Assembly: GCA_903944345.1 (NCBI GenBank)
Contig: CAJARJ010000014.1
Location: forward strand, 64,990-128,989
DNA: 64,000 bases
Direction: 5' to 3'
Origin: Candidatus Omnitrophota bacterium
Lineage (GTDB): Bacteria; Omnitrophota; Gorgyraeia; Zapsychrales; Fredricksoniimonadaceae
The translations under genes and the position numbers were made by a program. Positions 57,011 through 64,000 of the stretch are shown in pieces. Each line of letters begins with the position of its first letter. Positions within the stretch are counted from its first letter, which is position 1. A model generated the notes under the pieces. It was not told the DNA's origin and did no database searches. It saw only the letters and a program-made list of their open reading frames with translations.

Positions 57011-59059
57011 TTAAAAACGATACTCCACGCTCAAGCGGTAATTACGACCCGGGCTGGGGTAATAAAACCGGTCCGAATAAAGCGTCGAAGAATTAAAAGC
57101 ATACCCGGCCATTTCCGCATACTCTTTATCCAGCAGATTGTTAACCCCCACCGACAGTTTCCAGTCCTGTATTGTCCATAGAATGTTGGTATCCATAACC
57201 ATATAGCCGTTCACCCGGCCCTGGGCATTGGCCTGGTCATTAAGACCATAACGGCGCCCGACATACGAGGAGCCGACATCCCAGTTCAAGTCTCTGGATA
57301 AAAGAACTCTCAGCCCCAGTGCCGCTTTATGCCGGGGAACCAAAGGAATACTGTTGCCGTTATAAATGCCGTTTTCAAACTCGGCCTCGGTCAAGGAGTA
57401 GTTACCATAAACCGACAGGCTCCCGGCCAGCCGAATATCTGCCGACGAAGTCAGCCCCTGGTGAGTGGTGCGGTCGTAATTCTCGTTCTTGCCAAACCCC
57501 CATGGTCCGCCATTGGAATTATAGTAAAGCTCGTCCTCCATGTTTGTCCGAAACAGCGCCACCGAAGCCTTTCTGCCCTCGGCGAACTGGTGCCTGACCC
57601 CCAACTGAAAGGTCCTGGCTGTCTGTGGACGTAAAGAAGTATCCAGCTGCTGCTGGAAAGCGGCATCCTGGTAAGAAAACTCGTCAACTGCGGGAAAACG
57701 AAAACTCTGTGCCATGTCCGCAAAAACATTTGAAGCAGGCGCATATTCATACACCAGCCCGTTATTCCATGCCCGCATCACTGGCCGGGTTTTCGTGTCC
57801 TGGTCGGGATAGGGATGCCCCCAACTGGTCGTGTCATAATCATGATAATTAAACGCATACCGGGCCGTCTCATAACGCACCCCCGTAATAAAACTCAACG
57901 GATCCAGAAGCGCCAGTTCATTCTGGATATAGCCTGCCAGCGACGACTTGGTCACATGGGTGTAATTCTGGAGCGACTGATCATCCATATACTCGTTCTG
58001 GGACGAACGATAAAATGATTTATAAAGGTCAGCGCCCGCAACCAGACGGTTGTCGCGGCCTGCCAGTTGCAGCTGCCATACATGCCGGGGTGTCAGGCCA
58101 AAGGTTTCGATATCATTGCGCAAAGTAGGATTGCCCGAACTAAGAAAGAACGAGTCTGTCTTTTTGCGGCGGTAACTGAAATCCAGCAAAGACTCGCCCT
58201 TATCCATAGACTGATTCTTAAGCCCGATCACAACATAATCATCCCCGTTCTTTGTATAATCTTCGGCATAACGCGCATAACGCCGGCCATACTGGTCAAT
58301 ATGGTTCTGCCAGAGAGCGCCAGGCATGCCGTAACGGGCTGTATGGCTCCCCGCTCCGAGACTGACCGCGAAAGTATCCGTCAGTTCAAGTGCGGTGTTC
58401 ATGGAAAAGTTTTCTGTCCGGCTGAAAGAATTCATCCGGTAACCGTTAGACTCGCTGCGTCCGGCATCAAAACGATAATCATAACGATTTGCGGCCCCCC
58501 CACTGACAGAGACACTCTGATCCAGCGCACCATAACTTCCTGCCCCGGCTTTGAGAACCCCCTGAAGACTCCCGGAACCGCGTTTACTGACAATATTAAT
58601 AACACCGCTTGAAGCGTTGTCGCCATAAAGCACTCCGCCTGCACCCGAGCGCAATATTTCTATTCTTTCAATCCGTTCAACAGGAATCTGTGCCCAGTCC
58701 ACCCCGCCAAGATCCACATCGTTAAGCCTGCGTCCGTCAAGCATAACCAGGACATTGAGAGCCCCCTGCTCGCCAAATCCCGCAATATCTACCGCCGTCT
58801 TCATACCATTCCCGTACCAGTCACGCACATCCAGTCCGGGTTGGGAACGCATGACGTCCGCCACGGTCCGCGCATTCATCTGTTGCAATTCTTCCTGGCT
58901 TATCACGGTCAAATCAGCGGCAGTTTTCCCGGCCAAATCCTCATACCGAAACGGTGTAATCACCAGCCGGCCCAGATCCCCTCCTTCTGCGGACCAGAGC
59001 AATCCGGCTGTCATTTCCACAAAAAGTACTACCATCAACAGGACTCTTCCTAAAAACAT
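57011..59059 (-). CDS. btuB: TonB-dependent outer-membrane receptor, BtuB-like (cobalamin/corrinoid uptake inferred from the riboswitch)
   Basis: Signal peptide. TonB-box-like LVITPF. Plug domain. 22-strand barrel, terminal ...VEYRF. Preceded by a cobalamin riboswitch. Confidence 0.75.
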   Translation of the reverse strand: MFLGRVLLMVVLFVEMTAGLLWSAEGGDLGRLVITPFRYEDLAGKTAADLTVISQEELQQMNARTVADVMRSQPGLDVRDWYGNGMKTAVDIAGFGEQGALNVLVMLDGRRLNDVDLGGVDWAQIPVERIERIEILRSGAGGVLYGDNASSGVINIVSKRGSGSLQGVLKAGAGSYGALDQSVSVSGGAANRYDYRFDAGRSESNGYRMNSFSRTENFSMNTALELTDTFAVSLGAGSHTARYGMPGALWQNHIDQYGRRYARYAEDYTKNGDDYVVIGLKNQSMDKGESLLDFSYRRKKTDSFFLSSGNPTLRNDIETFGLTPRHVWQLQLAGRDNRLVAGADLYKSFYRSSQNEYMDDQSLQNYTHVTKSSLAGYIQNELALLDPLSFITGVRYETARYAFNYHDYDTTSWGHPYPDQDTKTRPVMRAWNNGLVYEYAPASNVFADMAQSFRFPAVDEFSYQDAAFQQQLDTSLRPQTARTFQLGVRHQFAEGRKASVALFRTNMEDELYYNSNGGPWGFGKNENYDRTTHQGLTSSADIRLAGSLSVYGNYSLTEAEFENGIYNGNSIPLVPRHKAALGLRVLLSRDLNWDVGSSYVGRRYGLNDQANAQGRVNGYMVMDTNILWTIQDWKLSVGVNNLLDKEYAEMAGYAFNSSTLYSDRFYYPSPGRNYRLSVEYRF

Positions 59060-59074
59060 AATACCCCTTTCATG

Positions 59075-59290
59075 AAAAAACCCTTTTGCTACCGAAGTAA
59101 CAAAAGGGGTCTATAAAATTAAACAGTTTATGGACGCCTTATGCCGTTACGCGCAGCATGATCGCATTATATTGTTCAGGTCTTCTGACTTGCCGCGCAG
59201 GATTTTTCCTGCGCACGGCTCACAGTAGCGCGACTGTCCGTGAATTTCACACGGTTTCCCTGACATCAAATTTTAGATAGAGACTTGCCT
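59075..59290 (-). promoter_or_regulatory. Cobalamin (B12) riboswitch with intrinsic-terminator expression platform
   Basis: Minus-strand leader contains GGGAAACCGUGUGAAAUUCACGG (conserved GGGAA...GGUG..AAxUCC core) and GCUACUGUGAGCCGUG. B12-box-like AGUCAGAAGACCUG. Helix GCGCAGGA-aaaa-UCCUGCGC. Then hairpin ACCCCUUUUG-uuacuucgguag-CAAAAGGG followed by UUUUUUC, ending 10 nt before the btuB-like ATG. Confidence 0.65.
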
Positions 59291-59299
59291 CCTGAAGTT

Positions 59300-59806
59300 T
59301 CAGTCTCTGAGTAACACAGGAGCCAGCCGGGTGCCTTTGACCCGACGGACAAAAAATTCATATGAACCAAACAGAACAACAGTATACACAAGCGTGCTGG
59401 CCAACATCGTCCGGAAGAAAGGCACGGCAAGCGCATAGCACTCAAAAAGGCCTTCCCGGGTCAGCGGATAATACGCCAGCCAGGCTCCGAAATTGGTGAC
59501 CAAAAAGAACACCACCGCCGAAACGACCGCACCGGAAAGAATCCGTGAAGGACGGTTAGCCTGACGAACCCACAAACCGATCAAACCAGTCAGAAGAACA
59601 CTTCCCCAGGTAAACGCAAGCGTCGGATGCAAACCCAAAAGAAGATCCGTGCCGATCATAAGAACAAGCGGCAGCCATAGCGCCTGGGAACGGCGCAAGT
59701 AAACACCGCCAAACAAGGCGATGGCCAGAACGGGAGAAAAATTGGGAGCATGCGGCAGTAACCGCGCCAGGGAACCGACAATTAACAGAACAAGTACAAG
59801 AACCAT
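59300..59806 (-). CDS. Hypothetical small polytopic membrane protein (about 5 TM)
   Basis: 168 aa, MVLVLVLLIVGSLARLL.... SD AGGAGG. No family assignment. Confidence 0.5.
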   Translation of the reverse strand: MVLVLVLLIVGSLARLLPHAPNFSPVLAIALFGGVYLRRSQALWLPLVLMIGTDLLLGLHPTLAFTWGSVLLTGLIGLWVRQANRPSRILSGAVVSAVVFFLVTNFGAWLAYYPLTREGLFECYALAVPFFRTMLASTLVYTVVLFGSYEFFVRRVKGTRLAPVLLRD

Positions 59807-59854
59807 GCATGCCTCCTGATATCTGAAAACACAGACAAATCCATTTTGTCCGGA

Positions 59855-60229
59855 TTAAACCTCGGCGACAACCTCGATCTCGACCAAAACATCCTTGGGG
59901 ATACGCGCAACCTGCAAGGTTGAGCGGGCCGGGAAATTTGAAGGTATATACTGACTGTAAACTTTATTCATTCCGGCGAAATCATTAAGATCCTTAAGAA
60001 ACACCGTAACCTTGACCACCCGGGACAAAGAGGATCCGGCATCTGCCAGAACGAGCTTGATGTTCTCGAAAACCCGCAAAGTCTGCTCTTCAATGCCTCC
60101 CGCAACCACCTGACCGGTCAACGGATCAAGCGGAATCTGACCGGCACAAAAGACCAGATTCCCGGAAATAACTGCGTGATTATACGGCCCTAAAGGTTTG
60201 GGAGCCTGCACTGGCTGAACAATTTTCAT
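59855..60229 (-). CDS. ridA: RidA/YjgF-family reactive-intermediate deaminase
   Basis: APKPLGPYNHAVISGNLVFCAGQIP...RSTLQVARIPKDVLVEIEVVA. SD AGGAG. Confidence 0.85.
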   Translation of the reverse strand: MKIVQPVQAPKPLGPYNHAVISGNLVFCAGQIPLDPLTGQVVAGGIEEQTLRVFENIKLVLADAGSSLSRVVKVTVFLKDLNDFAGMNKVYSQYIPSNFPARSTLQVARIPKDVLVEIEVVAEV

Positions 60230-60299
60230 AAGAAAACTCCTGTTGATATTCCAATGAATGCCAATAATACCCTGCCGCCAGGATTATGGCAAGCGTAAA

Positions 60300-61163
60300 T
60301 CAAAGATTCCTGGGTTTACGAAAAACCACCAGCCAGGAACTGTTCAAATTTGAATAAAAAACATTCGGATAACCCAGAAGAACCAGCCGACGCTGATCGT
60401 TTTGGTCCCAGACGATCAAATCGTGATGTTTCCAGCCTGCCGCAACACCAAGATTGATAATATCCGCATGGACCGGAATATACTGCGCACCGTTATGCGA
60501 ATCCCGCTGGTCACGAACAACCCACACGCTGTAACCGCCTTCGCGGGTTACTCCAAACACTTTCCTGAAAACATTTTTAAGTTCATCCAGATACATGCGA
60601 TACCCGAAATTGCCAAAATCATCCAGACGCAGGCTATGCGCGGGCACACGCTCGGACATTTCTTCGAGTTGATCCGTCTTGCGCGGACGACCCGGCCCCT
60701 TGGGTTTGGGTGGACGAATATCAAAATTGGGATACGGCGGAGCCGTCAGCGTAACCTGGACCGAACCCAAAAACACATGCTTTTCCATGGCTCGGCAGTC
60801 GTCGCAAATGATCTCGTGGCGTAAAGCCTGATGCGTCCCGAACAGATCGGTCTTTTCCTTGTCAATAAGAGTCCGGGCAAGCTCACAGAAGCGGGACTGC
60901 AGTTCGATACCAACACCTACCCGGCCAAGCTTGGCGGCCGCAACAACCGTAGTTCCGATCCCCGCAAAAGGATCAAATACCAAATCCCCTTCTTTTGAAT
61001 AAAGGGTCACCACCCGCTCGGCCAGCGCCAGAGGAAAAGTTGCTCCGTGTAAAAGATGATACGACTGCCGCGGCGAACTGACATCGTTCCAGACATTCTT
61101 GCTTAATACAGTCCAGTCTTTGGCCGAAAGGCCATTAAAAGATTCGTCAGCGGGTCTGGTCAT
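60300..61163 (-). CDS. N6-adenine/N4-cytosine-type DNA amino-methyltransferase homologue with motif I upstream of motif IV (APPY variant) and an AT-hook-like GRPRK stretch
   Basis: HLLHGATFPLALAERVVTLYSKEGDLVFDPFAGIGTTVVAA (SAM-binding, PF01555-like). About 75 aa later VTLTAPPYPNFDI (motif IV with Ala in place of D/N/S). Then PKPKGPGRPRKT, then YLDELKNVFRKVFGVTREGGYSVWVV. ATG at 61163 has GGAGGG upstream. An alternative ATG at 61175 exists. Confidence 0.6.
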   Translation of the reverse strand: MTRPADESFNGLSAKDWTVLSKNVWNDVSSPRQSYHLLHGATFPLALAERVVTLYSKEGDLVFDPFAGIGTTVVAAAKLGRVGVGIELQSRFCELARTLIDKEKTDLFGTHQALRHEIICDDCRAMEKHVFLGSVQVTLTAPPYPNFDIRPPKPKGPGRPRKTDQLEEMSERVPAHSLRLDDFGNFGYRMYLDELKNVFRKVFGVTREGGYSVWVVRDQRDSHNGAQYIPVHADIINLGVAAGWKHHDLIVWDQNDQRRLVLLGYPNVFYSNLNSSWLVVFRKPRNL

Positions 61164-61214
61164 GCGGCCCTCCATGATGGGAAGTGTCCAATGCCAGATA
61201 CTAGCATAAAAACG

Positions 61215-62561
61215 TCAAATTGCAACGCTGCCGGAATCCTCGGGCGCATCTTCATCCATGATATCGGCAGACATCAAAACGGAGGCTTCTCCGGCAGGCA
61301 ATTGCTGAACATCCTTGAGTTTGCGTCCAACCATCCTCGAGCGCACCTTGGCTTTCTCGATAGTTTCCGAGGCCTGATTCAGTTTCTTTTGCACATTATC
61401 AAGAATATCGCCGTACTTGGTCCACTCGGTCTTGACTGCGGCCAGCAGATTCCAGACTTCACTGGATCGCTTCTGAATAGCAAGTGTACGAAACCCCATT
61501 TGCAAACTGCTTAGAAGCGACCATAACGTAGTAGGCCCTGCGATAACCACACGATACTCCCTCTGGATAACCTCGGTCAGAGCAGGCCGGCGGACAACTT
61601 CGGCAAACAAGCCTTCGACAGGAAGAAACAAAATACCGAAATCCGTGGTTGCCGGCGGGCTTAGATACTTCTCGGAAATATTTCTGGCGCAAAAACGAAC
61701 ACTGCTTTCCAGCTGTTTGCCAGCCAGTTCCGCACCTTCGATATCTGCCCGCTCCTGGGCCTCGACCAGACGCTGGTAATCTTCAAGAGGAAACTTGGCA
61801 TCCACCGGAAGCCACACTGACTGATCATCGGCGCCACTCTGCCCGGGCAGTTTGATAGCAAATTCAACCCGTTCGGCCCCGCCCTTGGTGGCGACATTGG
61901 CCGCAAACTGATCCGGACCAAGCACCTGGTCAAGCAAGGCTCCCAATTGAACCTCACCCCAGGTGCCGCGTGTTTTAACGTTCGTAAGCACCTTGCGTAA
62001 ATCGCCCACACCGGTGGCTAATACCTGCATTTCCCCCAGGCCTTTATGCACCAGCTCCAGACGATCACTGACCTGCTTGAAGGATTCGCCCAAACGCCTT
62101 TCAAGTGTCCCCTGAAGTTTCTCATCTACAGTCTGGCGCATCTGATCCAGCTGTCTGGCGTTATCGGCCTGCAAGCTTTTTAGTTTTTCTTCGACGGTGG
62201 CTCTGATCAACTCCAGGCGGCGCTCATTGGCTTCGGCCAGCTTGGCCACAGAAGAAGACACGGCCTCAAGCTGAACCTTTTCGGCAGCCGACAAATCTTT
62301 TATGGTACTAACCATCGTTCCGGAAATCTTCTCGAGTGTGGCAATAACTTCTTCCCGCTGCTGCCGCCCGGACTTGTTGTGTTCCTCCCGGCCCAGCAAA
62401 GCTTCTTCCCTGATAACACGCTCAAGACGTTCCTGGGCTTTTTCGAGAGAATCAAAACGTAACAATACCCCAGAGATATCCAGACGGGAAAATCGAACGA
62501 ACACATACAGGAACAAACCCGTTAATAAAACGAGATTAAGGCCAAGCAAAATATTTGTCAT
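61215..62561 (-). CDS. rmuC: DNA recombination protein RmuC (N-terminal TM and coiled-coil, C-terminal restriction-endonuclease-like domain)
   Basis: MTNILLGLNLVLLTGLFLYV, a long coiled-coil, C-terminal KTRGTWGEVQLGALLDQVL...ILFLPVEGLFAEV typical of the RmuC family. Confidence 0.8.
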   Translation of the reverse strand: MTNILLGLNLVLLTGLFLYVFVRFSRLDISGVLLRFDSLEKAQERLERVIREEALLGREEHNKSGRQQREEVIATLEKISGTMVSTIKDLSAAEKVQLEAVSSSVAKLAEANERRLELIRATVEEKLKSLQADNARQLDQMRQTVDEKLQGTLERRLGESFKQVSDRLELVHKGLGEMQVLATGVGDLRKVLTNVKTRGTWGEVQLGALLDQVLGPDQFAANVATKGGAERVEFAIKLPGQSGADDQSVWLPVDAKFPLEDYQRLVEAQERADIEGAELAGKQLESSVRFCARNISEKYLSPPATTDFGILFLPVEGLFAEVVRRPALTEVIQREYRVVIAGPTTLWSLLSSLQMGFRTLAIQKRSSEVWNLLAAVKTEWTKYGDILDNVQKKLNQASETIEKAKVRSRMVGRKLKDVQQLPAGEASVLMSADIMDEDAPEDSGSVAI

Positions 62562-62603
62562 AAATTATTCCTCAGGCGAGAACAACGTAACGGCGGCAAA
62601 TCT

Positions 62604-63203
62604 TCAGGAGTAATCCCTCACAACCTGCAAAACTTTGCCAATAATGGAAATATCAGCCGACATAGGGATCGGTGAGAAATCCGGATTGGACGGATCAAGA
62701 AAAAAGTCGGAGCCTCTTCTGGCCAAGCGTTTGATGGTGGCTTCTTCGCCGGCCAGTGCCACAACAATATCGCCGGGCTGGGCATGCTCCTGTTTACGCA
62801 CCAGCACAAAATCGTTTTCCATAATACCGGCATCTTTCATGCTCTGCCCGCGCACCCGCAAAGCAAACACGTCCGGTTCGGGAAATACAAAACGGTCAAG
62901 ATTAAGATAACCCAGAAGATCTTCGGCGGCATAAACCGGCATACCGGCCTGGACACGGCCAAGCACCGGAATCTGAAACAAAGCTTCTTTAACCAGCTCG
63001 ATCGCGCGGGACTTGCCTTCCTGGATACGAATGTAACCTTTTTTAACCAGAGCGCTCAGATGATCGCGCACCGTTCCGGTGGAAGAAAAACCGAAGTGCT
63101 CGCCAATTTCGCGGACAGTCGGGGCCAGCTGTTTGAAACGGATCTGTTCGTAAATAAATTTGAGAACGTCTTTTTGTTTGTCAGTCAGTGTGTTTGTATC
63201 CAT
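62604..63203 (-). CDS. lexA: LexA repressor (SOS regulator; winged HTH and S24 peptidase domain)
   Basis: MDTNTLTDKQKDVLKFIYEQI... Cleavage-site VAAEDLLG (Ala-Gly-like). Catalytic GQSMKDAGI...VLVRKQ. ATG at 63203. Confidence 0.85.
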   Translation of the reverse strand: MDTNTLTDKQKDVLKFIYEQIRFKQLAPTVREIGEHFGFSSTGTVRDHLSALVKKGYIRIQEGKSRAIELVKEALFQIPVLGRVQAGMPVYAAEDLLGYLNLDRFVFPEPDVFALRVRGQSMKDAGIMENDFVLVRKQEHAQPGDIVVALAGEEATIKRLARRGSDFFLDPSNPDFSPIPMSADISIIGKVLQVVRDYS

Positions 63204-63240
63204 AAAACGTATAATACCGCACGCATGGGTGGATTTCAAG
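63204..63240 (-). promoter_or_regulatory. Candidate sigma-70 promoter for lexA (TTGAAA-17 nt-TATTAT) ending 7 nt before the ATG (possible leaderless transcript)
   Basis: Minus-strand reading: TTGAAAtccacccatgcgtgcggTATTATacgttttATG. No convincing LexA-box palindrome identified by eye. Confidence 0.35.
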
Positions 63241-63286
63241 AGAAAATTGTACTTTCAGGCAAAAGGATTGACGATCCTGACCCCGG

Positions 63287-64000
63287 CTACAGCCTTGTTT
63301 CTATCGTGCCTCTTAGCACTTTCCGGTCAAACAAAGCCAGTTCAGATTTGTCGACCAGAAATCTTTCCACATCCTTCCGGGCGGCATCTATATCCATTCT
63401 CTCGATACGCTCCAGCAGAAATTTCTTGAAACTGCCGGCATCAAGATGAAGATGAGTGCCTTGCGTCTGATAAATCGCATTGTTCAACAGAACCCAGTTC
63501 GGCACAATCCTCTGCCCCAGATACCAGTAAAGATCATAAATATCCCGGCCCTTGGTGTACTGGCGGTAACACAAGGCATGAATTTTTCCGGCAAACAGCG
63601 ACGGAAGGTCGTAATGAACTACATTGCAGATAAATGTTTCTGTCAGCGCGGTATTAGCCAGGCACCAACCCGCCGGCGGATTGAGATCAACTTCCAGCTT
63701 GATCTGCACTTTGCGGCTGACCATCGGGTCAAGTTCAAGCTTCCGGAGTATCCCGGGAAACTTCATCATCAGCCCGTGAACATTGCCATTAATCCTTGGC
63801 TTGCCTTCCATCTCAAGACCGTACAACGCAAACTGCCGGACAAGGGCAGTATTCAGCGAACTTATATCAAACCCTTCCGTGCGCGTGGCAGAAAAATCGA
63901 GATCCTCCGAAAACCTTCTGACGCGGTAAATGATCCTGAGCGCAGTTCCTCCAATAAAAGCCAGCTGTTTAAAAATTCCCCGGTCACCAAGAATTTTAAG
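63287..64000 (-). CDS. AbiEii/AbiGii-family nucleotidyltransferase toxin (partial; N-terminus lies beyond the right edge)
   Basis: Frame continues upstream of the ORF-track TTG start. Translation to the window edge reads LKILGDRGIFKQLAFIGGTALRIIYRVRRFSEDLDFSATRTEGFDISS..., matching the F-KGGTAL...RFSEDLDF hallmark of AbiEii/DUF1814 toxins. C-terminal 179 aa are in the window. Confidence 0.6.
   Translation of the reverse strand, partial: LKILGDRGIFKQLAFIGGTALRIIYRVRRFSEDLDFSATRTEGFDISSLNTALVRQFALYGLEMEGKPRINGNVHGLMMKFPGILRKLELDPMVSRKVQIKLEVDLNPPAGWCLANTALTETFICNVVHYDLPSLFAGKIHALCYRQYTKGRDIYDLYWYLGQRIVPNWVLLNNAIYQTQGTHLHLDAGSFKKFLLERIERMDIDAARKDVERFLVDKSELALFDRKVLRGTIETRL

Noticed and set aside
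63204-63290. LexA operator (SOS box) upstream of lexA
   Set aside because: I looked for the known palindromes (CTGT-N8-ACAG, GAAC-N4-GTTC, GGTT-N10-ACC, TTAC-N3-GTAA types). I found only weak 4-bp-arm palindromes (GGATcgtcaATCC, TTTCtcttGAAA) and cannot support a call.
1-64000. CRISPR arrays, rRNA genes, transposases and integrases
   Set aside because: I scanned for regularly spaced direct repeats and for transposase or integrase-like ORFs and found none. Nothing rRNA-like was seen either.

Overview
This 64-kb window reads as a chromosomal segment of a Gram-negative (diderm) bacterium at roughly 55% GC. Several genes are reminiscent of an anaerobic deltaproteobacterial-type (Desulfobacterota-like) genome: pyruvate phosphate dikinase, an NfnAB/SudAB-like oxidoreductase pair, single-chain GlyRS, a ZAS/ECF sigma pair and a Hel308-like helicase. 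Taxonomy cannot be fixed from sequence alone.

I can support about 55 protein-coding genes, one tRNA-Arg(CCU) and one cobalamin riboswitch. I found no rRNA, CRISPR array, transposase or integrase. All but two genes (a Hel308-like helicase and metH) lie on the minus strand. Many neighbouring genes overlap by ATGA or GTGA, consistent with long operons.

Most of the content is housekeeping:
- central metabolism and biosynthesis: ppdK, glyQS, panB, ssb, apt, aroA, proC, yggS, mtnP, metH, ileS
- cell shape and envelope: mreBCD-mrdA, lgt, lspA
- translation and RNA maintenance: dtd, rsmE, hpf, rluD
- DNA repair: recQ, an AddA/AddB-like helicase-nuclease pair, lexA-rmuC

Accessory or unusual content, in order of interest:
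1. A low-GC island at about 48.8-51.3 kb carries a PhcB-like SAM methyltransferase translationally coupled to a multi-TM/GAF sensor histidine kinase. This is a candidate small-molecule signalling module.
2. A lexA-rmuC-methyltransferase-ridA-membrane protein operon, where the amino-methyltransferase has permuted motif order and an AT-hook-like stretch.
3. A complete Hel308/Ski2-like helicase, which is rare in bacteria.
4. A cobalamin riboswitch with a terminator-type expression platform in front of a btuB-like TonB-dependent receptor, next to metH.
5. An ECF sigma factor with an RsrA-like ZAS anti-sigma factor.
6. Three orphan CheY-like receiver proteins.
7. A 1500-aa secreted GH5/LamG/FN3 protein.
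8. A truncated AbiEii-family toxin gene at the right edge.

The ORF track translates TTG, GTG and CTG starts as M. I re-checked start codons on the DNA and adjusted several starts.
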